A stretch of 64,000 nucleotides of DNA, taken from assembly GCF_024521635.1 (NCBI RefSeq), contig NW_026250412.1, positions 124,001-188,000 on the forward strand. Reading direction: 5' to 3'. This stretch comes from Tricharina praecox. Taxonomy: Eukaryota. Below are positions 11,561 to 23,891 of this stretch, one piece after another. Below the pieces are notes generated by a model. That model was given only the letters and a program-made list of their open reading frames with translations. It made no database searches and was not told the DNA's origin. Position 1 is the stretch's first letter. Every line of letters starts with the position of its first letter. A program made the position numbers and the translations under genes.

Positions 11561-12636
11561 TTTCGTGGTGGGGAACTGGCGGGTTGAGGTCGTGAGGGTA
11601 TGACGGGACGACGTGGTGACGGTATGCCAGGACGACGTGTAAAGGTCGCGGGGATACCTGTAGAGTAGGGGCGCGACAGGGGAGATCACGTGCTGACGTG
11701 GCCGTTCCACGAATGATCACGAGGGACAGAAATATCCAAAAAAGGTTCTAGTTCTCAGGTGTTTGATTGATACGATTGATGATAACACTAAGTTCTACAC
11801 CGTGCTAATAGTCACAGCGGATCCTGACCGTCAAATTTGTTCGGTCTTGATCCACTGGAGAAATCTAAAAAGCTAAACAAAGAGGGATTGATCTGGCTAT
11901 CGTACCGCCCTTCGCACGGAAGATCCAACAGAAGCCAACTCTATATTAAACAAAGTCTCATCTCATCGGCCGAGCCACTTTGAGTTCAGTCCTTCACCGT
12001 GAATCATATTACCCATACGGATTATCGATAATCGGAAACACCCACCAGAGACCTGCTCCACTCTAAAGTCCATAGATGGGGGTAAAATACGACCAGCAAT
12101 CATGGAAGACATTAAAATCCAACGAGATTCTATGCCAGGATGTGGTGATGATTTGTCGACCTATTTGCACAACTTATCACTCACCATTTCCAACATCTGA
12201 CCGAGATTCGCCCGTTAGTTAGGTCCTGTGGGCTGTCGCCATAGACTAGACGGCCCGTATGCAACAATGATTTGATGTTTCCGCTCTTATTAAGGTCCTC
12301 CGTAACTTGTTTTCCCACTGAATAGGTATTAATGGTATAAAGTGGTTCTGCATCTAAACAATCAGCAATGCCCATCGAGCTTAGATCTCGAAGCCCAAGG
12401 ATTACTCACATCGTCGTACATACGCATGTCAAACTGCCCACCTGCAACATAATATTATCCGCTCTCCCGCGCTCCCATCTTGATCGCACTCTAAATATTA
12501 AGTAGGTAGGCCTACAGAATCAGCCCTCCCGCACACTAAACCCGCACATCTGAAGAACGGCTCACCAGTAAAGGATGCAGCATCAAGCAGCATGAGCATC
12601 CCCTCCCCGTCTCTAACGGCGTTACATCCATCTCCA

Positions 12637-12915
12637 CTACTCCCCGCCCTGCCCGCCCCGTCCGCCGCTCCGCATCCGCATGGTAACGATGCCGACCCTC
12701 GCATCCTCCCCTAGCCTAGCGATCACGCACAGCAGACACTCGTAGTCCGCCTGCGCCAGCGAGGCGTCCGCAGCCGCACCGAGCGAGAGGTACATGCCGG
12801 CGCCGCCGTGCCGCTTGCTAAGGAGCTCCTGCACCCGCTCGAGGTCCTTGGGGAGGCTGACGCAACCGCAGGTGTAGCGGGTTAGGATTATGGCGGGTGG
12901 TTGGATATGCGTCAT
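12637..12915 (-). CDS. Orphan small protein, 92 aa, with YTCGC...CLLC putative zinc motif
   Basis: ATG at 12915 preceded by a CAC-rich leader. MTHIQPPAIILTRYTCGCVSL...YECLLCVIARL. The motif resembles those of the 6350-7120 ORF. Confidence 0.5.
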   Translation of the reverse strand: MTHIQPPAIILTRYTCGCVSLPKDLERVQELLSKRHGGAGMYLSLGAAADASLAQADYECLLCVIARLGEDARVGIVTMRMRSGGRGGQGGE

Positions 12916-13740
12916 CGTGGAGGAGGAAGTGGTGGTGAGGGTTGTGGTGGTGGTGGTGGTGGTGGGAGTGGTGGTGGTGTTTGTGTTTTTGGTATGTAGG
13001 TAGGTCTGGAAGGGAGGTGTGGGTTGGGGGACGAGTGATTGCTCGGACAGATAATGTAGGTGTGCAGAGTGGTTCGAGTTGGGTCGGATACATATGACAG
13101 CTAGGTTCAACTCTAGTTTGAATTGAGAGCTCGGGGAGGGCAAGGTGGTGTTCTTGAATAGCCATTTTTACTGCTTTGAACTTGCGTGAGTTTCTATGAC
13201 CGCCTTTGCAGCGGAGGCATTTGAAAGTTGAAATGGTGATGCATCGAGACAAACGAGACGCCTTGCTCGGCCCCCTTAGATTTGGCGTCAGAGAGTACTC
13301 GACCTTAGCCACATATCTCTACCATCGAGGCGATGTATGCAGCCCGAAGAGGCCTGCCCCGGCAGGTTTTGATCATCTCGGGAAGTCTTGTCTCGCACAA
13401 ACCCAAGTTACTGTCTCCACATTTGTCAGGGCTCACCACCGTTCCCACCCCGCTTGACCGGTTGACAAGCACTCACAAACGCCCGAGGAATCCCCTGCAA
13501 CTATGTATGTGTGTTGGGAAGTAAAAGTGTAGGTATAGTATAGCGCGAGTAATCTGAGATGCCCCATATGACCCATCCAAACGCCCATCTCACACAATTG
13601 CATGTGTAGAAAGAAAGAAAAAAACACAATGATGCTCCCTCCCGTCGTCCACTTTTCAAACCAAACCCCACCAGCACCAGCCCTAATCGTCTACCGGTCT
13701 AAACTTTAGTATGTACGCAGTAACCCCCGCCATTCACGGC

Positions 13741-14497
13741 TTAACTACTCTCGCTTCCGCTTCTGGGCCCGTCGTCTGTGTCCTCCTCGGGAACCAAGTC
13801 GTTGCCCATACTCATCATGTACTCCGCACTCTGCAGAACCTGGCGGAGCTCCGTATCCCTCGGATCACTGATATCGATCGGACGCTGTTTCTGCTTGTTG
13901 CGGACTCTGCACTCACTCTACTCGTTAGTTTCCGGGGTAGGCAGGCGAGGTACCGGGTAGGTGAGGTAGGGGGGTAGGTGAGGTAGGGGGGTAGGTGATG
14001 TAGGGGAGTAGGAGAAAGAACCTAGGATCCGCCCCGGCCTCCGTCAACAACTTGACTATCTCCAATCCCAGCTGTTTCTCGCCCTTGGCGAAGTAGACAG
14101 CCTTGTGCAACGGGGTATTCCCCTCCATGCGATTCCGCGGGTCGACCTCGAGGCCCTCCTGGTCCAGGAGCTCGTCCATCACGTCGTCTTTTTCGCACGT
14201 CCCGCATCAGCACTGCATCAATCGCGCAAAGGGGATGGAGGGAGGGAGGGAGGGAAGGCGTACAAGCACCATACTGTGCGGCGACGTGCAACGCGGTGTT
14301 GCCGAGCGCGTCGGTCGAGTTGTTGAGGAACTCCGGCGTGTGGTGGTGCTCGAGCACTTCTGTGAGAAGCTCGGTGTTGTCGCGACGCGCGGCTTCGAGG
14401 AGGAGCTCTTTGGCTGAGGCGCCCTGGAGCTCGTGTTAGCTGTGGCCCGATGGAGCGGCGAGAGATCACGTACTTCGTCGGTGTTGTGGGTTGCCAT
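13741..14497 (-). CDS. Small ankyrin-repeat protein (yeast YCR051W-like), ~171 aa, 4 exons (14497-14474, 14423-14264, 14187-14022, 13906-13741)
   Basis: GASAKELLLEAARRDN, GNTALHVAAQYG, EGNTPLHKAV and GADPRVRNK ankyrin motifs. Intron phases are consistent. Confidence 0.9.
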
Positions 14498-15520
14498 GAT
14501 GGATCGGTTGTTTGTGGAGGAGGGGGTATCGTGGGGAACGGTCGCTGGTCGTGGTGGTTGCAGTGGGATGGAAGGCTGCGGCTGATAGAGTCCACCGGGG
14601 CTGGGGCGTGGTGGGGCAGCGGACGTTTCGGATTCAGGGCGGCAAAACAGAGAAACAGGAGTACTTTGTATGATTGGCACTGGAGATCTGTGTAAGAATA
14701 GACTTCTCCCCACCCATTCAAGCTCAAGGTGAGAGGTGATGTAACGCACGGGGTTGATTCAGGACATGGCTATTAGCGTCCCGAGCGGGAAGTCCCGCTA
14801 AGCTTGGCTCACATATTGTCACTACGGTCATGGCACATGATTCCCAATTTCCCAGCTCATCGCCCATGCTTTTCTACTAACCCAGTTACAACCAGTGGGA
14901 ATATACATACGAAAGGGCATTACGTTACGACTCAGGTTGAATGGCCAAGGTCCGTTATAAGGTCCGTTGGTATCTGAGATGCTCATCACCACAGCCGGCA
15001 ACCCCTCAGGCCGTCGGATCGCCGCCACTCCTCAGAAGAACCTAGTATTCAGTCGGGGGCACTACGTTCCATTCTCTTTCATTTCTTTGTAACCAAAAGT
15101 CAGTCTCCACGGCGGCGCACGCATAGCATGGTAGACAAGAATAGAAGACAGAAGATCCGAAAGAACCTCTCATCGCCATTAGATGCAGTGCACTTGATAA
15201 AAAGATGGGTATCGTTACCCCACGTAGGCATCGGAGTAGGCTCCTTTGCATTGCGCAGGCGGATTCTTACTGGAAATTCACTGTATGAGTGCCAGGAGAG
15301 TCACGTGCTACATTATATATCACTCAACTACCCCATTTGGGTATGAGAGCCTCGTACAAAAAAACGCGCCCGCCCCCAAAAGAAAAAAAAACTTTTGAAC
15401 CGTCATAGCTCAACCATCACATGTCCAAATGGAGAAAGAAAAGCGTAGAAATGGTCTACATTGAGGTCACTAGTCGAGAGGCAGTCAAACATCGGGAATA
15501 GCATTCATCGTAGCAAATGT

Positions 15521-16431
15521 CTAGTATCCGAACTTGGCCAACTCCTCAGAGTTGGTAGTGACCTCCCTCTTAGCAGCGTTCAACTTCCTGATCAAGGCCT
15601 TCTTCCTCTGGTAATAGGCCTCAGAGCGGGTCTTGCGCTTCTCCTCGAGTCTGTGGCGAAAGACGTCAGTATGACATTTCGACAACGGATACAATCGCGG
15701 GGAGATCTCACCTGCTAACGACCTCACCGTAGCTCCAGCCGAACTCAGACGACAACCGTCCGACGGTGCAGTATTTGCGTCCGGGCTTCAACCTCAAGAT
15801 GCGGAGGGCCTGGGGCACGACCATCCTCTTCTTGGTATCGTAGGGAGGGGGGACACCCTCGAAGACCTTCAAGCGGTCCATCGCAGCCTTACCACGGGCA
15901 GTCTTGTGGGCAATCATACCACGGACGGCCTTGTAGAAGATACGCGACGGGGCACGGAAGTGGAAGAGTCCGTGGGTATGGTTGAAACGGGTGGCCTTGC
16001 GGAGGTAGGCGTGGTACTTCACTGTATGCGAGACGATCGAGTAAGCATGCTTGAACGCGATGAGAGCGGCAGCAGCGAGGATAGAGGAGTGTAGACTTAC
16101 GCTTAGCGCGGAAGAACTCGCCGGAGATGTTGAGGTCCTCGCATCTCACGACAACGATCTTCTGTCCGTTGAGGAGCTGCTTGGCCACAGTAGAGGCCAA
16201 GCGACCAAGGAGATGTCCCTTGCCATCGATGACAACCTATAAGCGAAAAGAATAGCTATTAGCACATCTAATGCTCTTCTCGCAAGCTCTGCCAGCTTCC
16301 CCGTGCTCCCAACATCCAAGCTCCACCGCAGATAGCGCGCGCGCCGCAACGCGATCATTGAGTTTCGCGTAAGGTCTGGAAAACCGAAGCAGCTGGGAGG
16401 TAGAACTCACCACAGGCTCGAATGTGGACAT
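15521..16431 (-). CDS. RPL16: 60S ribosomal protein L16 (uL13), 198 aa, 4 exons (16431-16411, 16236-16101, 16021-15712, 15650-15521)
   Basis: [77 protein letters not shown]. Confidence 0.98.
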
Positions 16432-16609
16432 TCTTGCAGGAGTGTAGATGGCGTGATAACGAGAGGTTGCTGAATCCGGGGAGGCGGCGGTCGGCGTCGG
16501 TCGGCGTTGTCTGTCGTCGGCGTTGGGCGTTTGTCGTTTGTCGTCGTTCGTCGTGGTGTAGTTCTGCAGACTCGTTGAGGCTTTGCTGGGAAACTCAGTG
16601 CGATTCCGA

Positions 16610-16663
16610 GTGACTGGTGTTTTGGTGTGTGGGACGGGAGTGGCTAGTGCGGCTCAGTAGGGC
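16610..16663 (-). promoter_or_regulatory. Ribosomal-protein promoter elements upstream of RPL16: Homol-D core and GCCCTA motif
   Basis: On the minus strand, CAGTCAC at 16610-16616 and GCCCTA at 16658-16663. The same two motifs occur in the RPL36/RPS12 promoter. Confidence 0.55.
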
Positions 16664-17776
16664 AAACCCCAATCGATAACGTTCAGCAGGGAGTAGCGGC
16701 GCCGAAAGATGAGCTTAGTGCCCGCAGTTGCAGCAGCCCACCAAACGAAACCACACCGGACCCCTGGATAGCTCCAGAAGGAGTCGAGTAATTCCCCGCA
16801 ATCCCACATTTCGCCAAAGAAAAGAAACGGACGGACGTGAGAGCATCGTTCCGAGTCAAGCAGGTACGATCCGGGTATAACCTGCAGTGAGTAGGGAAGC
16901 CGCCCATGGGTACCTCCACCCAAACGGCAGCCGCACTACTGGTTTTTTCTCCGACTAGGTGGATCGTCTACTTTATGTGAATCTTCACCGTCGTTCGTGT
17001 CTGCCTACCTGAATGCATATCCTCCGGCTGTATCCGCCAACCGCAGGGCTGAGGGCAGCTAACAGTGCAGAATCTTCATCTCGTCACGTTTGCCCCCCGA
17101 TCCACCCACGCGCAAAAAACAGTTCTCACACATCTCTCTACACGCCGCACACACTCCCACTGAGCCTAGCCGGTACCGAATGCCCTATTGCAGTCAGCAA
17201 CCCGTTCTACAGCCAGCCGCTTGGCCATCGTCGTCTCCGCCTGTATATCTTCCCGCTCCTTGAGCTCCAACTCGGTAGAGATACCACCTATCATACAACA
17301 CTTATCATCCGGCTGTAGATGCTTCCCGCATGGTTCGCACCCCTAGTTACCTCACGAAAATTCTCTGCTGCGGGGGCCAAGTCTTCATACGAGATATCTC
17401 CCACGTCTCTGGCTATACCATAAGTGGTGTGTTTTCCAGAGTGATAGCTGGTGCGCCTCTTCCCACAACTCCACCTCGTCTTCTCGCCCACATACCGCTT
17501 GCTGTATCTGGGAGTGAAGAGATAAAGTTTCTTCTAAGAGTCTTCACCACAGTCAGGGTCTACCGAGCTTGTTCGAGCCTCACCCGAGTCACCTGACATC
17601 CCCGCCAAAGCTCCGAGAGTTACACGATGGGCCCGCACTGCACGCTCCATCTCCCGCACGCTCCATCACTATTCATGCGACCTGTACCTGAATAGGTAGT
17701 GTGAACGCCAGCTGCCTGACCTCGCCCGTCCTACTCCACCCCACCACCGCACCTCACCACCACCCACCCCACCAGC

Positions 17777-18527
17777 ATGTCCACCCCCGCCCCGCTCGCC
17801 GCAACCGCCATCCCGTCTCCCCCCCCAACAATCCACTACATCCCATCCTTCATCACGCCCGCCGAAGAATCCTCTTTGCAATCCAGCATCCTCTCTCAAC
17901 CCAAGCCGAAATGGACGATCCTCAGCCACCGGCGGCTGCAAACACACCCCAGCGCGCTGAGCTCGAGCAACGTGCTTCTCTCTGCGGCGCTCCCGGCGTT
18001 CCTCGAGTCCCTCGTCCCGCGCATGCAGGCTCTCGGCGTGTGGGACCACGCTCCGCACAAGCGCCCGAACCATGTCCTTGTCAATGAGTACACCCCCGGC
18101 GAGGGAATCATGCCGCACGAGGACGGCGCGGCGTATCATCCCGTCGTGGCCACGGTGAGCTTGGGCGCGCCGATCGTGCTGGATATTTACGAGAAGGGCG
18201 AGGGCGGGAGGACGCCGAAGTTCAGGATCTTGCAGGAGCCGCGGAGGTGAGTGCTGTTGGGGGCGTGGGGGTGACGGGTGCGCGGCTGATGGAGCGGTGC
18301 TCAGTTTGCTGGTTACGACGGGAGAGGTGTATGCGAGCCACCTACACGGCATCGAGGCGCGGACGAGTGATGAGGACTTGGGGCCGGAGACGGTTGCGAA
18401 CTGGGCGCTGCTGGGAGAGCCACAGGCGTTCACGGAGGGCAGGTATGAGCGGCAGACTAGGACGAGTTTGACGTACCGCGACGTGCTGAAGGTTGCGGAC
18501 GTGGGGAGGTTGTTTGGACGGAAGTGA
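17777..18527 (+). CDS. AlkB-family 2OG-Fe(II) dioxygenase, ALKBH6-like, 230 aa, 2 exons (17777-18246, 18305-18527)
   Basis: YIPSFIT..EE, WTILSHRRLQ, PNHVLVNEYTPGEGIMPHEDG (HxD), VATVSLG, EPRSLL, HGI and RTSLTYR. Confidence 0.93.
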
Positions 18528-18609
18528 TGGAACAGAACAGAACAGAACACGCACGACTTCATCGTTCCCCCGCACCATAGGTATCTATTCTATCAAACCT
18601 ACCTATGCT

Positions 18610-19646
18610 TCAATAGACCCCTGGAATGATACACCACTTCCCTCGCACAGCCTCCTCCCCAAACTTCTGCCTGTACCACTCGCGGTTCCTCCCCGCCGAG
18701 ACGCTTAGTATGGCGGCCACAAACACCGCGCCCGCAAACACCGTAGTATTTACCACGGCGCCGCGCGGCGCCGCAATAACAGAGATGGCAAGGTAAATCA
18801 CCACCTCGGCGGTATAGTGCGGACACACCACGGCCCGGAAAAACGTATGTGTCGGGAGGGAGTACTTCTTGAGACTCGCCAGGTAAGTATGGCAGTCGTG
18901 CTGCGCGCCGCTGGCGACAAACAGGAGTATCAGCCCCACAAACGACTTGAGCGACGGCGCATTGACCAGACCCTTCAGCGCCGTGGGCGAAAACTTAAAC
19001 GCATCGATCGCCGCTACGTCGATAACCATCAGCACACACTCACCACCCCCACACTCCTGATGACGGAAAACATACCCGTCCCCTCGACCCACACCCCCAC
19101 CGCCATGGCCGCATAGAACAGCAGCCCGACGAGATAGTGCGCGACCCACATGCGACTGGCACCCCCGCTCTTCTGCACGTACAGGCACTCGTACAATCGC
19201 CGGCCCACCTGCGCGACGAAACACGCCCACGCAAGCACTACCTGCTCGATTTTCATCCCCGTCTCTTTCCCCTTCCCCATCCCCGCCTTCCCCGTCCCCT
19301 CCATTCCCGCGCCCGCACCCGCACCCGCGCCCGCCATACCAGCCACAACCTGGTACCACCCCCCGCGCGCAAGGATCTGCATCATCCAGAATACGCTGAA
19401 CACCACGGCGGAAACGTAGAAGTGCGTGAACCACGTGTGCGGGACGGTTATCGCCGCGAGTTTGTCTAGCAGCCCTGTTGCGGTCCCCTTGGTAGTGATG
19501 GAGGGAGCGGCGGGAGGAGCGGTCTTGCCGTACCCTACGAACCGCCGCTGGAGCGCGGGGATCGAGTTCGCCAGGAGTATGGACGCTGCGGCGAGGGTGT
19601 AGAGGGACTGCAGGAGGAGGGGGAGGGGGGGGAGTGGTGGTATCAT
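18610..19646 (-). CDS. DFG10: Polyprenol reductase / steroid 5-alpha-reductase family, 324 aa, 2 exons (19646-19076, 19013-18610)
   Basis: RFVGYGKT, VPHTWFTHFY, QVGRRLYEC, SRMWVAHY, QHDCHTYLASLKKYSLP, VCPHYTAE, WYRQKFG and IIPGVY*. Confidence 0.92.
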
Positions 19647-20458
19647 TGTTATGCGTGTGTGTGTGGGGGGGGGGGTGGAGTAATCCGGCGTGGAGAGAGA
19701 GAAATGCGTCGTGGTGGGTTTCGTGGAGATGTGGAGATGTGGAGATGTGGAGTGTGGATGCGGATGGATGACGCGTGGCGGAGTTGCGGACGGAATTTGC
19801 CGTTGTGGCTGTGCGGTATCAGCCTTGCCCAGGCCCCAGGCACTCCACCCCGGTCGCGCGGCTGCGGATCTGGATTTTGAAGGGTGCAGTGCGCGAAATG
19901 CGCCAAATCCAAGGCCTTTGTGAGGGGCGGTAGGTAGCAAACACCGCAAGGGAAGTCCTCCACTCTTTAGATCAACAAACTTGTGTCAGACATACGGCAA
20001 CCCATCAATCACATCAGCCGAAATGAGTACCAGTACTTTGCAAATTAGCGGCGCAAGCATGCACACGAGTGACACAAGGTGAGTATCCCTGGGGGAATCC
20101 AAGGGGAGAACGAAACAATGTGCAGTTTGTTCCCGCCTGGCTGCTTTAATTGGTCGATTGCCAGAGCAGAGATCGTACTCAGGCTTGCCGGGGCAGTCGG
20201 GTACGGAAACAAGAATTTCCGCTGCCGTTATGTTATGTAGAAACAGTCCGGACTCCGGAGTGGCTGTCGCACGCACGGCTTGCTACGGCTTGATGTCCAG
20301 GCCGTCTTGCATGGATGATGGATGTGTCCGATTGACGGATCATTCAATGACCGTTCAATGAAACGATGAAGGTGCGTTTTGGCGTGCCTTCCGGCGTGCT
20401 ATTCGGTATTGGGTACCGAAACTCCCCCACATAGGGTAGGTATTCCCCGGACGAACCG

Positions 20459-21015
20459 GAGCCATTGGAACTTGGAACAATAGGTAAGATAATGCTGTGT
20501 GAGTTCGATTTCGAATGGCGCCTTCCAGAGTACCTTCCTAGGTAGCTTGGTGGATCAAACCTACAACTTCCAAGCATCCTATTAGCACATCACAAACACC
20601 GGGAGGAAAAGAGGATCCTAGGTATGCTAATGTGACCAAAGCTATTGGAACAATACCTAAGTAATGCTGCGTGAACTCGAATGGCGCCTTCCAGACTCCA
20701 GAGTGAGTAGCTTGATGGATCAAACCATAAGTTGTCATCCTATCATCACATCACAAACACCGAGTGGAAGAAAAGATCTTATGCTAATGTGACCAGAGCC
20801 ATTGGAACAAGCATGCTGCGTGAGCTCGAATGGGTCCTTCCAGACTCCAGAGTTCCTGGGTAGCTTGGTGGATAAACCTACAAGCATGTTGCCTGAGCTC
20901 AAGATCGAATGGGTCCTTTTAGAGTACATAGATTGGTGGATCAAACTACAAACTTTCATCCTGTCATCACAGCACAAAGACCGGGAGGAAAGTGGACTTT
21001 GTGCTAATGTGCTAG
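20459..21015. repeat. Degenerate tandem array of ~160-180-bp units (about 3.5 copies)
   Basis: Recurring blocks GC(C/T)ATTGGAAC, CGAATGG(C/G)(G/T)CCTT, GTAGCTTG(G/A)TGGAT, CATCCT..CAC..CACAAA.ACCG and TGCTAATGTG. Units start near 20459, 20639 and 20796, with a rearranged partial copy from ~20884. Confidence 0.9.
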
Positions 21016-23642
21016 GACGAGCTCTGCTGACATCATCAAACGGAACGGTTTGCCAACTTGACAGTCGTGTATGAAGCTTCCTCCCTTGTGGGAATAATAC
21101 CTGTGGAACTGGCTAAGTAGGGATATTGTGAACTTATAATGGTGGTGGTGTTGTGCGCGGCTGTGTGATGAGCTGTGAAACACTCCGGCCATTACCTTAA
21201 TCCGATCGATCAATCTTATCTTCCGCTCCAGTCACGTGTAAATTATGCGTGCGTGCAATCCGCCACAACGGTGTAGCCCACCGCCAGTACTTTACTCTAG
21301 CCCACACATCGGAGAGAGAGAATCGAACACGTCGACAAGACAATTTCAAACACGCCCGCACTCCTCTCAGCGAGCTCGGTCCGGATCGAAGATATCGTTA
21401 ATCGATACTTTATAGTAAAGTCCCGGGTGATTGATAGGGTGCGGAAACATGAGCCGCTCGGCGGGACAGGTACCGGTACCGGCCACATATGATAGATAGA
21501 GTACATTCACAAGCGCCAGTGTTCCGTTTGGTTAGTTCGCTCGATGGATCGTAATATTTTATTTGTTTTTTATTTGTTTTTTTCTACGATTATTTTTGAC
21601 CTCGAGTCACGAGTGAGCCGTGAGCAGTGCACTGGACTTACCTACTAGAGATCGAAGCGAAGTGGACACTGGACCGGAACAAGTGTCGCAATCGGGAAAT
21701 CGGGAAAAACGCTGACAGTAGTGGAATCTGGAATCTGGAATCGAGGTTTCCCAAATGGATTTTTGTATGGCACGTTTTGCATCGGTGCTATGATAGAGTA
21801 CCGTCGCCGGTCGGCAAGTCTTTGAGGAGTCGTGGAGTCGAGGTGCGACCTCATGTAACCTGACCTTTAGGCTTCATTGCTGCCTCGCATAGATAAATAG
21901 AAAACAAATAAAAATACAAATAAATAAACCAGCGGCCTCCATACCGCCAGCACAAGAAGGCAGGGCAGCGTCGCTCAACCATGGCACAGCGGTCCGAGAC
22001 CCTCCCTGAAACGGAGAAGCGATTCCCGTGATGGGAGCAAGCGCCGCAGCAAAAAACATCCCGGCCTGAATGGATGTGCAGGCTCGGATTGGGGTTGGAT
22101 TGGATTTGGATTGGGCCACGGCCTTGATTTTCTGTGCTGCGCTGGGGGGGCTTGTTGCTTCGCTGCTTGCTTGCCGGGACTGGCTGGCTCAGGTTGCTGT
22201 TGCTGGCTGGCTCAGGTTGCTGTTGCTGGCTGGCTGATGGTTGCATGTGTGGTCGCTGCGGCTGCTTCCAGTCCCTCCCTCCCTTATGGTTGCTTGCTTG
22301 CTTGCGAGAGAGAGGAACGGAAGGAGAACGAACGAGAAGGCGCGAGATACGAGAGAGTAGGGAAGAGAGAGAGACCGAGAGACAGAGAGAGCGAGTGGGC
22401 CGCCCTGCCCGTTCCATCAGTCGGTCGGCCAGTCAGTCAGTCTCCAGCCAGTCCCCAGTCTCCAGTCCTCCCATCAAATCTCCCTTCGAGTCGGAATCTA
22501 CTCCTACTCTACTCTATTACCCATATCGACTTTCTGCAACCCATCTACCTGACCTGCTCCATCTATCCGCACTCTATCTCCTGAAGAATAGTATCTACAT
22601 ACCCTACGTGCCCTATTGCACTCTACCTACGAGATCGGATCGCAGCAGCGCACAGCAGACAGACACAGCAAGACAGACAGTCAGACAGTCAGACAGTCAG
22701 CAGGCAGGCAGACCATCATCAAGTCAAGTCAACCTACATCGCAAGCAGAACTGACTGACCATCTAAGCCTAGGTAGTCGACTCTCTTTGCTTGTGCGCCC
22801 GCCTCCGCCGCCGTCGGCCCCCAAACTAGAGTACTTCCAGCTCCCTCGCAAGGGCATCCATCCACCACCACCACCACCGAATCCACTTGCCCACACACCC
22901 ATTTCCATCCCACACCCAGCGACCGCTTGCTCTGGCCATTTCCTCCACCCCCCAAGCCCAAACCCTCACTCAACTCACATACATTTTGAATTCCGCTTCT
23001 GCCACCAAAAACCACCAATCCCCGAAAGACCCACTTGCCGTGAAGTCTATTTCCTTCCCGCCCTCCTACCCGTACAATTCCCTCCCTCCCTTCCACCCCC
23101 CTCCCTCTCCCCCTCCCTCCCCCCTTCCTCGCCACCAACGTCTCCCGGTGGTCGTGGGGAAGTGTAGCAGCAGCAGTAGTGCTGGTGGTGGAGAGAGTGC
23201 TGCAGTAGAGTAGAAAGAAGTACCTATCGCCTTTCTCTCTCTCGCTCTCCTTCTATCCCGTCCCCGTCCCCCCCGTCCCTGTCCCACACACTCCCTTACA
23301 CACCACACCCCCCCTTCACCGTCCGGTTTCCCTTCTCCCTCTACCCCCTTCTCCCTCCTTGATCATACATAACCGTTATTCACTTTTTTTTTCGCGAGGA
23401 CAAAAAATAATAAGCGTTCGCTCGTTCATTCGTTCGGTACATATCGTACACATACACTCACACACACACATATCACGCCCTCCGCCGCGTGTCGTTATCA
23501 TCACCCTCACCCTCCACCCTCACCATCGTCCCTCGCCAGATATCCTCCAGCCCTCGACGCCGGAAGTCCGCAACCGCAGACAGAGGGTAGTAGCGTTTCA
23601 GCAATGAAGCTCTCCCATCGCCGTGGACCCTCATAGCATAAC

Positions 23643-23805
23643 ATGTCGTCCCACCAAGGTCTTCGATCAGAATCATCGACGACTACCAGCGCGAACGGCG
23701 GCCTCCCTCCACGCAGACCCTCCTCGCAAATACCACCCTCCTCTTCGACGGCGGCACCATATAAGAATAAATCAACATCATCATCATCACAGCAACAACA
23801 ACAGC

Positions 23806-23891
<86 letters not shown>

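Noticed and set aside
11750..12420. Lower-GC segment upstream of RecQ as a transposon relic
   Set aside because: No terminal repeats, target-site duplication or transposase/RT motifs found.
16237..16410. Intronic snoRNA in RPL16 intron 1 (also checked RPL36 intron 1)
   Set aside because: No RUGAUGA/CUGA box pair and no convincing H/ACA architecture seen.
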